Origin: Chitinophagaceae bacterium
GTDB taxonomy: Bacteria; Bacteroidota; Bacteroidia; Chitinophagales; Chitinophagaceae
Assembly (NCBI GenBank): GCA_004297075.1
Contig: SCVK01000025.1
Location: 11,139-75,138 of the forward strand
Direction: 5' to 3'
DNA length: 64,000 nucleotides
Position numbers and translations under genes: made by a program. Below, one piece after another: positions 50,694 to 60,547 of this stretch. Below the pieces are notes generated by a model. It made no database searches. It was given only the letters and a program-made list of their open reading frames with translations, and was not told where the DNA came from. How positions within the stretch are numbered: position 1 is the stretch's first letter; each line of letters opens with the position of its first letter.

Positions 50694-53300
50694 ATGCAGT
50701 TAATCGAAAGAGAGAACGATCTATTAACACTTGCTAGTGGCATAAAAAAGATCCCTTCAGAAGGAGGGCATAACTATATCATTACCGGTGAGGCAGGTAT
50801 TGGAAAAACCATGCTGCTAAACCACTTTCTGAATAACCTCCCAACAGGAGTGAAATTCTATATTGGAAACTGCGATTCATTATCTACGCCAAGACCCCTT
50901 TCGCCCATAATCGATCTGGCTATGCAGCTAAAAATAGATTGGAGTGAACCATTTGTGAATAGCCTTTCAAGGGGTGACTTATTTAACCACTTTGCGCAGG
51001 ATCTTATCAATAAAAGAGAACCAGTAGTAATTGTTTTTGAAGATATACATTGGGCTGACGAAGCGACAATAGATTACATCAAATTTCTGGCGAGAAGAAT
51101 CAGTAAAACCAGGTGCATGTTCATTATAACATGCAGAGACACAGATTTTGAAGGAGACAGAATCCTTAGTTCCATACTAAGTGGATTGCCCAGTGATACG
51201 TATACAAGGGTACCATTGAAACCACTATCTCAAACAGCTGTGTCCCGGCTGGCAGAGCAGAAAGGTTATGATGGAGAAAATCTCTATCTTTTAACCAATG
51301 GGAACCCCTTCTTCGTCCATGAAATTATAGCCAATTATAGCCCCGGGGTTCCTGCCAATGTAAAGGATGCGGTTCTTACAGTATTTCGCCATCAGAATGA
51401 CGCTACCAAAAACTTATGGGAAATTCTTTCAGTAATCCCCGATGGTCTTAAAACCAAATTACTTTCAAAAATAGACCCAAAATGGCATGAAGCAATTGAG
51501 ACTTGCCTTAATGCCAAAATCCTCATCGCAAACAATGATAAGATACAATTCAAGCATGAATTATACAGGAGAACAATAGAAGAATCATTCTCTCCCATTA
51601 AAAAAATAAATTTGCATAAATATATACTCGAATCATTCTTCGAACTGCTCAAAGAAACAGGCGAGATAGAAAAAATAATTCATCATGCCAAAAATGCAAA
51701 CCTGGATTCAATTGTATATGAATTTGCCCCGATAGCTGCCCAACAGGCCAGTATTGCGGGTGCACACCTCGAAGCTTCAAAATTATACCTGACGGCAATT
51801 AAGTATGCTGGAAAAAGAGGAGAAACTGAACTTGTAGAATTGTATAAATCTTATGCATATGAATGCTACTTGACTAATCAAATTACCGAAGCTATTCTAT
51901 ATCAGACCAACGTATTCGAATTGGAAAGATTACAAAATGATATGGAAGATACGGCCAGTAATCTTCTGTTTCTTTCTAGGTTATGGAGGCTTGAAGGGAA
52001 TAACGTAAAGACAGAAAAATGTGCGATACAAGCCATTGAAATGTTGAAAGATTTGCCTGCCTCTGAGGTGAAAGGGATGGCATTCAGCAACTTTTCTGAG
52101 GTTAAAATGTATTCTGCCAATACGCTGGAATGTATTGAATGGGGAGAAAAAGCATTGGCTATCGGCCGGGAGATCAATGATAATGTAATCATCAGTCACG
52201 CTTTAAATAATATTGGATCAGCTTTATGGAGGCAAACAAAAGATACAGCCAAAGGGGAACAATTTCTATATAAAAGCTTATCAATAGCATTCGAACATAA
52301 TTTGGAAGTAGATGTAGAAAGGGCCCAAACCAATATTATATTTAGTTTAATAATAGTAAAAGAATATAACAAAGCTCGTAGCCTGCTCACTGAAAACAAC
52401 CTGTATTGTGAACAACGAAATCTAAACACATCAAAACCCTTTACATTATATTTAGAAGCCCGGATATTATTGGAAACAGGTAATTGGAACGAAGCAGATT
52501 CAATAGCCGATAATCTTATAAAATACCAGGTTCATCCGGAAGCAGTAAGAATTGGAGCACTTACAATAGCTGCGGTTCTCAAGTTACGTAAAGGGAACCC
52601 CGAAGCAGAGATTTGTCTTGTCACAGTTAAAGAAATGGCATTCAAAACAAAAGAATACCAAATAATTATGCCCGTTGTTACGGCTATTTTAGAATACGAA
52701 TGGCTCTCAGGGAAAACACTACTTTCAGCTAAAGAATTAGAAACCTGCTTTAACCTGATTGCCCGTGTAGATTGTGGCACTGCCAATAGTGAATTTGCAT
52801 TTTGGTTTTATAAATCCAGAAAAACAAAACTGGCAATTAAAGAGCCATACACTCCCTATAAATATATTCTCGAAAACAAGATCACAAATGCGGTTATTTT
52901 CTGGGATGAACTGGGCTGCCCCTATGAAAAAGCCATTACACTATTAGATGGGGATGAAGAAAATAAAAAAACGGGATTGATGGAACTACAAGAGATGGGC
53001 GCGACTGCCATCTTTGAAAAAGCAAAAAAAATAGTACGGGCTGCAGGTATTCGCAGAATTCCAAGGGGCAAAAGAGCTAGTACAATAAGCAACCCGGCTC
53101 ATCTCACTAATAGAGAAATTGAAGTTCTGCAATTATTACAAACAGGGAGGCAAAATAAAGAAATTGCTTCCTCTCTATTTATATCAGCTAAAACAGTTGA
53201 TCACCACATTTCTTCAATCTTATTTAAACTGGACGTTAACTCACGAAACAAAGCTGTAGCCGAAGCGGTTAAACTTGGAATTCTACAACAGGTCAACTAG
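50694..53300 (+). CDS. STAND (AAA) ATPase-TPR-LuxR regulator (LAL/MalT-like)
   Basis: Walker A GEAGIGKT, Walker B IVFEDIHWAD, GNPFF, TPR-like HALNNIG, C-terminal LTNREIEVL...NKEIA...KTVDHHISSIL HTH. Confidence 0.92.
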   Translation: MQLIERENDLLTLASGIKKIPSEGGHNYIITGEAGIGKTMLLNHFLNNLPTGVKFYIGNCDSLSTPRPLSPIIDLAMQLKIDWSEPFVNSLSRGDLFNHFAQDLINKREPVVIVFEDIHWADEATIDYIKFLARRISKTRCMFIITCRDTDFEGDRILSSILSGLPSDTYTRVPLKPLSQTAVSRLAEQKGYDGENLYLLTNGNPFFVHEIIANYSPGVPANVKDAVLTVFRHQNDATKNLWEILSVIPDGLKTKLLSKIDPKWHEAIETCLNAKILIANNDKIQFKHELYRRTIEESFSPIKKINLHKYILESFFELLKETGEIEKIIHHAKNANLDSIVYEFAPIAAQQASIAGAHLEASKLYLTAIKYAGKRGETELVELYKSYAYECYLTNQITEAILYQTNVFELERLQNDMEDTASNLLFLSRLWRLEGNNVKTEKCAIQAIEMLKDLPASEVKGMAFSNFSEVKMYSANTLECIEWGEKALAIGREINDNVIISHALNNIGSALWRQTKDTAKGEQFLYKSLSIAFEHNLEVDVERAQTNIIFSLIIVKEYNKARSLLTENNLYCEQRNLNTSKPFTLYLEARILLETGNWNEADSIADNLIKYQVHPEAVRIGALTIAAVLKLRKGNPEAEICLVTVKEMAFKTKEYQIIMPVVTAILEYEWLSGKTLLSAKELETCFNLIARVDCGTANSEFAFWFYKSRKTKLAIKEPYTPYKYILENKITNAVIFWDELGCPYEKAITLLDGDEENKKTGLMELQEMGATAIFEKAKKIVRAAGIRRIPRGKRASTISNPAHLTNREIEVLQLLQTGRQNKEIASSLFISAKTVDHHISSILFKLDVNSRNKAVAEAVKLGILQQVN

Positions 53301-53438
53301 TTAAGTATCCCACAGGTGCAAGGCCAGTCATCTTGCGCACCAACAGCTCAGAACATACAAAACCAGCATTTTCGTATTACTATAACTCCATTCTTACTAA
53401 AAGTAAAGCCAGCACAGTAGGTGAAGATGTTCGGAATT

Positions 53439-53876
53439 CTATCGGAAATTGAATTCCAGATATTTAAGTCTTGCACCGATACCAAATGTATCTATATGAT
53501 TGGATGTACCAATATTCTCCAGTATATATATAAACCCTACTTTTAATACTGAAGTATCATTATCAGGAACTTCTTTTTCGATACTAATGGGATTGAATTT
53601 AGAAGGCACGTCTTTTACGCGCATTGCAGGCAATGTCGAATCCCAGAGAATACGGTTTTGTCTGTTTGCCATGTGCAGCGTAAATGTAACCATGCTGCTA
53701 TCTGATCCTAAAACAGACTGGTCCCCGTAGAGAATATACCGCACTTTTCTATTTGCCTGCGTTTTGGCAGATGCGTACCCGGACTGGTCAATATAGTAAA
53801 CCTGTTTCTTGCATGCCACCATGCATTGAAATACTATTGCAACTACCCCCATTCGGAAAATCACCCGATTTCTCAT
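53439..53876 (-). CDS. Hypothetical lipoprotein
   Basis: Basic N-terminus, hydrophobic stretch, VACKK lipobox. Start codon uncertain. Confidence 0.65.
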   Translation of the reverse strand: MRNRVIFRMGVVAIVFQCMVACKKQVYYIDQSGYASAKTQANRKVRYILYGDQSVLGSDSSMVTFTLHMANRQNRILWDSTLPAMRVKDVPSKFNPISIEKEVPDNDTSVLKVGFIYILENIGTSNHIDTFGIGARLKYLEFNFR

Positions 53877-54021
53877 TAGCCTACTTTTTAATAAATGATA
53901 CACTTATAATATACAACCTGGGCGAAATGCCTCACGCAACAATTAATTCTTAAATTGGGGCCAAACGTTATCGTATAATACACATTTATATTAACGAACC
54001 CAATTGCTTATAAGCGTATTG

Positions 54022-54068
54022 CAAAAAGAAGAACTATTCCGATGAAAGAAATAGGGAATTTACCCTAT
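54022..54068 (-). promoter_or_regulatory. Second LuxR-type operator and promoter
   Basis: atagggaatttaccctat (54051-54068), 21 bp from tctttttg (minus strand, 54029-54022). Confidence 0.6.
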
Positions 54069-54411
54069 TTTACAAGTTCCTGAACCCTTAACACTTAAAA
54101 CAACCTCTGGAAGACAAAAATAAAAAGAGCAGAAAATATCTCCGTGTAAAGCTTGCTGACAGGCTGCTTATAGTTATTATGCAAATATGCTGTTCCCCTC
54201 ACTCAAATTTCTGCAGCACTATTTTGGTTTTCGTTCGAACATCACCGGGTAACATTTATTGTAAAATCGAAGATTTTGCAATAAAATCGTCCGCAGGCTA
54301 TTGGGCAATGCGTACAACCTATTGGTAAAGGAGCCCTTATTGAGATGCAAGTAATAATTGCCATCAAATAGGCAATCGTGAACTATACATTACTCTAACG
54401 GCTAATTATTT

Positions 54412-55305
54412 CTACCCTTGGGCTCCCCCTTTTCCAAAACCAACTGTGGCTCGATAAGCCTGGGGAGATACATCCGCATTTATTTTAAAAAAACGGCTAA
54501 AATAATATTCATCTTCATATCCTAACTCATAGGCAATCTCTTTCACCGTTTTATTTGTCAGATACAATTCTCTTTTTGCCTCGATTATTATCCTCTCATT
54601 GATCAGGCTGGAAATCGTTTTATTAAAATGTGATTTTGTGATTTTTGCCAGTGCCTTAGAAGAAATAAACAACAAATTTGCATACTCACTGGCAGAATGT
54701 TTAGTTCTGAAATTTAATTCGATAGCATCTTTTAATTTTTGAAGTATAAAAGGTTCAGTTTTATCATTTGTAGTAGCAAACTTAACCGATTGCTGTTCGA
54801 TTTTTAAACGGGTGGCTGTTATTAAGAGTATCTTGAGATAGGTTACTAACAACTCATATTGTGCCGGGGCAGGGTTCTGCATCTCGGTTTTTATCTGATC
54901 GCACACCATGGCAAATGTGGCGGATGCTTTTGCATCAACGTTAATAAAAGGCGGCAGGAAGACATTATTATACAGTACTCCATTCAACTCAAGATCCTTA
55001 TGGTGTTTATGTATGCAAAAGAAGTCGAAATGAAAATAGATCGCAATTCCATTAATCGGCATATCAGCAGAAATCATATAAGGCTGATAGGGAGCAAAAG
55101 AGAACAGGCTGTTTTCTGTAAAATCATATTCACTAACATCGGCCTTGACTTTGCCACTTCCATTGGTAACCCAGATAAGGGAAAAGAAATTATTTCTTTG
55201 AATTTGATTGAAATAGGAATTGTCCGCAAATGAAAAAAGCTTAAACGCCTCACTTCCGTTTAGCGGGTTTACCATGGTAAAAGAAGTTGGATTAAGCATG
55301 CTCAT
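54412..55305 (-). CDS. AraC family regulator
   Basis: Cupin-like N-domain and C-terminal VKEIAYELGYEDEYYFSRFFK. Start at 55305. Confidence 0.92.
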   Translation of the reverse strand: MSMLNPTSFTMVNPLNGSEAFKLFSFADNSYFNQIQRNNFFSLIWVTNGSGKVKADVSEYDFTENSLFSFAPYQPYMISADMPINGIAIYFHFDFFCIHKHHKDLELNGVLYNNVFLPPFINVDAKASATFAMVCDQIKTEMQNPAPAQYELLVTYLKILLITATRLKIEQQSVKFATTNDKTEPFILQKLKDAIELNFRTKHSASEYANLLFISSKALAKITKSHFNKTISSLINERIIIEAKRELYLTNKTVKEIAYELGYEDEYYFSRFFKINADVSPQAYRATVGFGKGGAQG

Positions 55306-55327
55306 TGTTTCGGAAATTAAAAATAGG

Positions 55328-56584
55328 TTAATCACTGTATTTTTTGAAAATACTCGTAGCGATATGTCCACCAAAACCAAAAGTATTATTCATCGCATAT
55401 TTAATCTCTTTTTTTACGCTCTTTCCCAAAGTCAGATTTAAAAAATCAGTGTACGTTTCATCAACTTCTTGGGTATTGATTGTTGCTGGTACTATTCCTG
55501 ATTCAATTGCCTTAATGCAGATAATAGCTTCAATGGCACCAGCGGCTCCCAAAAGGTGCCCTGTCATGGATTTTGTGGCACTTATATGCAAATCCTTTCT
55601 TATCGAAAATAGCCTTTTCATTGCTTTTAGTTCACTGTCATCTCCCATAGGGGTAGAAGTGGCGTGCGCATTGACATATTCAATCATTTCTGGCCCGATT
55701 TCAGCATCATTCAAAGCATCCACCATTCCCAGATAGGCCCCTTCCCCTTCGGGATGGGTGCCGGTTAGATGATAAGCATCAGCCGCCATTCCTGTACCCA
55801 CAATTTCGGCAAATATTGGTGCCCCTCTTTCCTGGGCACTAGTAAGACTTTCAATGACCAATGCGCCGGCGCCCTCCCCTATTACAAACCCGTCCCGTTT
55901 ACGATCGAAAGGCCTGGATGCTGCCTCCGGGCTTTTGTTATTAATTGATAAAGCCCTGGAAGCATTAAATCCTCCAACAGAGGCTTCGTTAATGGGTGCC
56001 TCAGATCCACCCGTAATGATCAAATCTGCCCTGCCTAACCGAATATAATTACAGGCATCTATAATAGCATTATTTGATGAAGCGCAGGCAGATACGGTGG
56101 AAAAGTTGAGTCCATGCAAGCCATGCCTGATGGATATAACACCTGAAGGGATATCAGCAATCATCTTAGGAATAAAATAGGGGTTAAACCTGGGTTGCTT
56201 ATTATTGGCGAAATATTCCAGTATTTGCTCCTGAAATGTCTGAATACCCCCATTTCCTGAACCCCAGATTACGCCGACCCGGGCTCTGTTTACTTTATCA
56301 AAGTCGATACCCGCGTGCCTGATGGCCTCATCCGAAGCTGCAACGGCATACTGGGTAAACAAATCATATTTACGCACCTCATTCTTTTCAAAGTAATCAG
56401 AAGGTGAAAAACCTTTGATCTCAGCGGCTATTTTGGTTTTAAAATGAGTGGTATCAAATTTTGTAATCAGGTTAACCCCGCTTTTTCCAGCAACAATATT
56501 TGACCAAAACTGATTCACTGAATTACCCAAAGGTGTGATGGCCCCCATTCCTGTAACAACTACCCTATTCAATTCCTTTAGCAT
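55328..56584 (-). CDS. fabF: Beta-ketoacyl-ACP synthase II
   Basis: RVVVTGMG and Cys-His-His triad in SACASS, NAHATST, TGHLLGAAG; FGFGG. Confidence 0.92.
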   Translation of the reverse strand: MLKELNRVVVTGMGAITPLGNSVNQFWSNIVAGKSGVNLITKFDTTHFKTKIAAEIKGFSPSDYFEKNEVRKYDLFTQYAVAASDEAIRHAGIDFDKVNRARVGVIWGSGNGGIQTFQEQILEYFANNKQPRFNPYFIPKMIADIPSGVISIRHGLHGLNFSTVSACASSNNAIIDACNYIRLGRADLIITGGSEAPINEASVGGFNASRALSINNKSPEAASRPFDRKRDGFVIGEGAGALVIESLTSAQERGAPIFAEIVGTGMAADAYHLTGTHPEGEGAYLGMVDALNDAEIGPEMIEYVNAHATSTPMGDDSELKAMKRLFSIRKDLHISATKSMTGHLLGAAGAIEAIICIKAIESGIVPATINTQEVDETYTDFLNLTLGKSVKKEIKYAMNNTFGFGGHIATSIFKKYSD

Positions 56585-56615
56585 AATTAATTCGTATTAT
56601 TTCAAAGTCTATTAA

Positions 56616-57248
56616 CTAATAGTCAATACCCGATTCTTTCAATCGGGTTTTTAAATCCCCTACTTCTTCTTCCAGTTTTGCCAACTGTTTGATTTTAGGA
56701 GCAAATGCATCCTGAATTTCTTCTAAAGAATAGCGTTGGGTAATATGCTGGGGACAATTCCAGTCGTAAGCCTCAATGTTAAATACCATCATTCTTTCAG
56801 GGCGAAACTTGTAATCAGCTATATCTAACAGGTTATATAAAGCGGCATTATCCTTCAGATCAACTACCTCTGCTTTGGCATATATTTTTAGCCGGGCCTT
56901 TGCCGGATAATCCATCATAAACAAAGCTACTTTGTTATTCGTCGTAAGATTACCTACAGAAATATATTGTTTGTTTCCCGTGAAGTCGATAAACCCAATC
57001 CGGTACGGATCTAATACCTTAATAAACCCTTTGGGGCCACCCCTGTGCTGGATATACGGATACCCTGATTCACCTATTGTTGACAGGTAAAAACTATCTC
57101 TTCCGGAGATAAAATTGATTTCATTTGCCGATAATCCATCGATGTAGGAATCCCTTTCCATCCTGGCATAACCATTCCGGCTACCAGATTTTACCTGCAA
57201 CTGCTTTGCAGCATCAGAAAAGGCGATAGCCCCGAAATTTTTGGCCAT
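56616..57248 (-). CDS. Pyridoxamine 5'-phosphate oxidase-like FMN-binding protein
   Basis: PYIQHRGGPKGF, DFTGNKQYISVGN, DWNCPQHIT. Start at 57248 (MAKNF). Confidence 0.87.
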   Translation of the reverse strand: MAKNFGAIAFSDAAKQLQVKSGSRNGYARMERDSYIDGLSANEINFISGRDSFYLSTIGESGYPYIQHRGGPKGFIKVLDPYRIGFIDFTGNKQYISVGNLTTNNKVALFMMDYPAKARLKIYAKAEVVDLKDNAALYNLLDIADYKFRPERMMVFNIEAYDWNCPQHITQRYSLEEIQDAFAPKIKQLAKLEEEVGDLKTRLKESGIDY

Positions 57249-57258
57249 AATAAACAGT

Positions 57259-57429
57259 TTACTTACTGGCTTTGATTTCCTGTTCCAAAACCTGATCCCA
57301 CAAACTATCGCCACATTCATCACTGTTGATCACCTGTACATCCGTTTCCATGTGTTTTTTAGTAGATTCTGCATCCACGGTGGCAGAAATATTTTCGCTA
57401 ATCGGGCTACCCGTTTGTTTATCTTCCAT
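57259..57429 (-). CDS. 56-aa acidic small protein missing from the ORF track
   Basis: MEDKQTGSP...ECGDSLWDQVLEQEIKASK; fills the gap between co-directional genes with 16-bp and 10-bp spacing. Confidence 0.6.
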   Translation of the reverse strand: MEDKQTGSPISENISATVDAESTKKHMETDVQVINSDECGDSLWDQVLEQEIKASK

Positions 57430-57445
57430 AATTTAATAGTATAGG

Positions 57446-57856
57446 TTATAATCTACGCTCAGATTCTTTAATGGGAAGATCATTGATACTGGCATAACGT
57501 TTTCGCATTAATCCATTCTCATCAAACTCCCAGTTTTCATTACCATAAGCCCTGAACCATTGGCCGTCAGCGTTACGGTATTCGTACTCGAATCTTACGG
57601 CCATTCTGTTTTCCCGAAAACCCCAAAGCTCTTTTTTAAGCTTATAATCCAATTCTCTCTCCCACTTAGACTTTAAAAAAGATTTAACAGCTTCCCTGCC
57701 ATTAAGAAAATCGGTTCTGTTTCTCCATTCTGTATCGATGGTATAAGCTAAACATACTTTTTCAGGGTCCTTACTGTTCCATGCATCTTCTGCAAGCTGA
57801 ACCTTTTGAAGAGCTGATTCCAGGGTAAAGGGAGGTAGCGGGTGTTTTTGTTCCAT
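57446..57856 (-). CDS. DUF1348 / NTF2-like (SnoaL-like) protein
   Basis: PLPPFT, AEDAWN, WRNR and [13 protein letters not shown] motifs. Confidence 0.88.
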   Translation of the reverse strand: MEQKHPLPPFTLESALQKVQLAEDAWNSKDPEKVCLAYTIDTEWRNRTDFLNGREAVKSFLKSKWERELDYKLKKELWGFRENRMAVRFEYEYRNADGQWFRAYGNENWEFDENGLMRKRYASINDLPIKESERRL

Positions 57857-57866
57857 TATGGGTTTA

Positions 57867-58490
57867 TTATGATAAACAATCGGTACAATAGATATTTGTA
57901 CGTACTAATAATTTTGAAATGTCAAGTTCTAGTGATCTTTGCTGATCTTTAGCATACCACAAATGCAGGGCCTTTGAGTAGTCATTTGCTGTCTTTGGAT
58001 CGGATTTTAATTTCTTCACTAGTTGCTGAGCCTCATTCGGCCTTGGCCCCCATATACCCGTTAGCTGAAAATTCGTGTCCAATTGGATCAGCTTCGGGAT
58101 CGATCTGGTTTGATTAGTCAGAAAAGCATCCATCAGTTCAGGATTTTTATCCCGGTAAACCAGTTTCATCTCAATTTTACCTTCACTGATCACTGCAACC
58201 TTGTTTAAAACAGGCAGGATCTGTGATGCATCACCACACCAGCTTTCTGTCAGCACCAGCCAATAAACTTTGTGAGGTAGTCTTTTAACTTTTTCAACCA
58301 GCTCGGCTGAAACCATATACGTTTTCTCTATCCGGTACATTCGTATCTGGTTCATCTCAATATACCCCTGCACAACTGGATCTTCATTCAATACAAGCTC
58401 AGCTGCGACCTGCTGCCTGTAGGTTGCGTAATCAACCCCGGTATCCATGTACTTTTTAAAGTCAGACCTTTTTAATCTATTGATCTCCAT
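57867..58490 (-). CDS. Thioredoxin family protein (WCGD type)
   Basis: [20 protein letters not shown]; additional C-terminal CTDC. Confidence 0.85.
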   Translation of the reverse strand: MEINRLKRSDFKKYMDTGVDYATYRQQVAAELVLNEDPVVQGYIEMNQIRMYRIEKTYMVSAELVEKVKRLPHKVYWLVLTESWCGDASQILPVLNKVAVISEGKIEMKLVYRDKNPELMDAFLTNQTRSIPKLIQLDTNFQLTGIWGPRPNEAQQLVKKLKSDPKTANDYSKALHLWYAKDQQRSLELDISKLLVRTNIYCTDCLS

Positions 58491-58533
58491 ATCCCTTTTA
58501 TTTAGTTCTGCTTATCGCCCGGCATTCATCGAT

Positions 58534-58589
58534 CAAAATTGCTTTAAGCAAACCAGAAACAAGATGGATGATTAGCGCAATAGGATGGA
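58534..58589 (-). promoter_or_regulatory. AraC-type tandem site plus -7 element
   Basis: atgga at 58564 and 58585 (21-bp period), 22 bp from caaaattg (58534-58541). Confidence 0.6.
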
Positions 58590-58766
58590 TTTTTTTACCC
58601 ATACCTTTCAAGATCTCCTGTCCGGATATTCAGGTGTATATTGAAAAGCTCCACTTTCACCGGCGGTATTTACAAACAATTTTCCACCACACGGATTATG
58701 CGTCCTGAATAGGGGTGCCGCCCTGTATTCAACCGGCGAGGGGTCGGTGTTCCACTAAGAAACCTG

Positions 58767-58800
58767 AAAAAGCAGGCTGTATATTTTCTACAGCCTGCTT
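58767..58800 (-). terminator. Intrinsic terminator of the CMD gene
   Basis: aagcaggctgta/tacagcctgctt stem with T tail on the minus strand. Confidence 0.75.
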
Positions 58801-58828
58801 ACTTGTATCCTGCTGATGGTTGGATGTA

Positions 58829-59359
58829 TTATAATGGCGGGGCCAAAGGAAAATCAACGGGCACCTTGGTAAGATTATGCAGATAGTTCATGGCTGTTTT
58901 ATCACTCACCTGCAATACCAGGTCCACAAGATTTTCATTTGTATAACCCTGGGCAAAAAAAGCATCCACTAATTCCTCATCAGCATTGCCTCTGTTTTTG
59001 GTGATGCTTGCTGCTAATTGTACCAATGAGTTCAGCCGAACATCTTCGGATTTCCCCCGGCGTATATCAACCAGTTGCGCATCTGTAAAGCCGTTCATTT
59101 TACCAATAACGGTATGCGCACTTTGGCAGTAAACGCAGGAATTTACCTGGCTAACGATCAGGTTTACTGCTTCCTTTTCCCTGTTAGTAAGTGAGGTCTT
59201 CGCATTCTGGTAGGCAAGGTATTTACCAAGCCCACTTGCTGAATAGGCAATAGTTGCATACAAATTAGGAACAAAGCCCAAAGCCTTCTGTAAGGTATCA
59301 AAAATAGCCTGGTTGGCCGGAGTAACCTGTTCCCTTGTAGGAACTGCAAAATTTTTCAT
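58829..59359 (-). CDS. Carboxymuconolactone decarboxylase / AhpD-like peroxidase
   Basis: GFVPNLY and SQVNSCVYCQSAH (CxxCxxxH). Confidence 0.9.
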   Translation of the reverse strand: MKNFAVPTREQVTPANQAIFDTLQKALGFVPNLYATIAYSASGLGKYLAYQNAKTSLTNREKEAVNLIVSQVNSCVYCQSAHTVIGKMNGFTDAQLVDIRRGKSEDVRLNSLVQLAASITKNRGNADEELVDAFFAQGYTNENLVDLVLQVSDKTAMNYLHNLTKVPVDFPLAPPL

Positions 59360-59396
59360 GTTTTTGTGTTAATATATTTTGTCAATATTGACAGTA

Positions 59397-59452
59397 CAAA
59401 ATTGTTCTGTAATGATTATCCGTAAAATGGATCTATTACGCAAAGTGATGGA
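59397..59452 (-). promoter_or_regulatory. AraC-type tandem site plus -7 element
   Basis: atgga at 59427 and 59448 (21-bp period), 22 bp from caaaattg (59397-59404). Confidence 0.6.
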
Positions 59453-59581
59453 GATATTTTCGGCCGGTCAGATCAGAAAAAAAACAGGGCAATCCAACAC
59501 CTTATCTTTTTTTGCAGGGTCTTTTCAATTACTCATCTTCGAACAGTGCAAACTGTTAAAACCCGGGTCAGGAGCCCCTCC

Positions 59582-60544
59582 CTATTTAATGCCTCTCCTG
59601 TTTAAGAAATCCTTGATCAGGGATGCCGCTTCCGTATGCTTTTCTTCCAGTACAAAATGTCCACCATTCAATAAACTGATTTGCGCATCTTTTATATCTT
59701 TCTTAAAAGCTTCTGCTCCCGGATAGGTAAAAAGTTTATCATTCTTGCCAGAGATGACAAGTGTGGCTGGCTGATATTTTCTGAAATAAGCTTGCCATTT
59801 TTCGTATAAGGGAAGATTGGTTGCATAGTTCCTGAATAACGTTAACTGAATCTCCTCATTACCCTGGCGATCCAGGTAATGCTGATCCGTAGTATAACTG
59901 TCGGGACTGATTTTGCTTGGATCTTCGGCCCCATCTGTATATTGCCATTTCGTTCCTTCTGCAGAAAGAATACCTTTTGCAGCTTTGATGGTTTCACTGT
60001 TCGGGTTTTGAATATACTTTACCAATGGTTGTAGGGCCTCACCCAGTCCTTCATTATAAGCGTTGGCATTCTGTATGATTAGGGCCTGAATAGAAGAAGG
60101 TCTTTGACTGGCAATCCTGAACCCTACAGGTCCTCCATAATCCTGCATATATAGGCTGTATTTCTGAAGGCCCAGTGCATCAATGAGCTGAGTAACAATA
60201 GAAGACAGGTTGTCAAAACTATAGGCAAATTCAGAAGGAGATGGTGAGGCACTTTGCCCAAACCCGGGATAATCCGGAGCAATCAAATGATAACTATCTG
60301 CAAGATCTGCTATCAGATCCCGGTACATATGTGAGGATGACGGGAACCCATGCAATAAAAGGATAGTTGGCTTTGATTTATCACCGGCTTCACGATAGAA
60401 AACATTCACTCCTTTGATAGTAATTGTATGGTAGTAAACGGGGCTTCTGGACATATCCGGATTTGGATTACCCGTAGATGCATAAACTTCCGGTTGCAGA
60501 ATACTGCTGATTATCAGGATAACTGATAGAATTCTTTTTTTCAT
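59582..60544 (-). CDS. Exported alpha/beta hydrolase (epoxide hydrolase/haloalkane dehalogenase-like)
   Basis: Signal peptide, HGFPSSS, QDYGG Asp nucleophile, GGHF. Confidence 0.87.
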   Translation of the reverse strand: MKKRILSVILIISSILQPEVYASTGNPNPDMSRSPVYYHTITIKGVNVFYREAGDKSKPTILLLHGFPSSSHMYRDLIADLADSYHLIAPDYPGFGQSASPSPSEFAYSFDNLSSIVTQLIDALGLQKYSLYMQDYGGPVGFRIASQRPSSIQALIIQNANAYNEGLGEALQPLVKYIQNPNSETIKAAKGILSAEGTKWQYTDGAEDPSKISPDSYTTDQHYLDRQGNEEIQLTLFRNYATNLPLYEKWQAYFRKYQPATLVISGKNDKLFTYPGAEAFKKDIKDAQISLLNGGHFVLEEKHTEAASLIKDFLNRRGIK

Positions 60545-60547
60545 TTT

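Noticed and set aside
50694-53300. Avs-type antiviral STAND protein
   Set aside because: No N-terminal nuclease, SIR2 or TIR effector; the clear C-terminal LuxR HTH indicates a transcription factor.
58600-58760. Structured ncRNA between the CMD terminator and the thioredoxin promoter
   Set aside because: Somewhat GC-rich, but no convincing long stems or recognisable motif were found by eye.
59379-59726. 115-aa plus-strand ORF
   Set aside because: It overlaps the CMD promoter and the 3' end of the hydrolase in antisense, and has no recognisable features.
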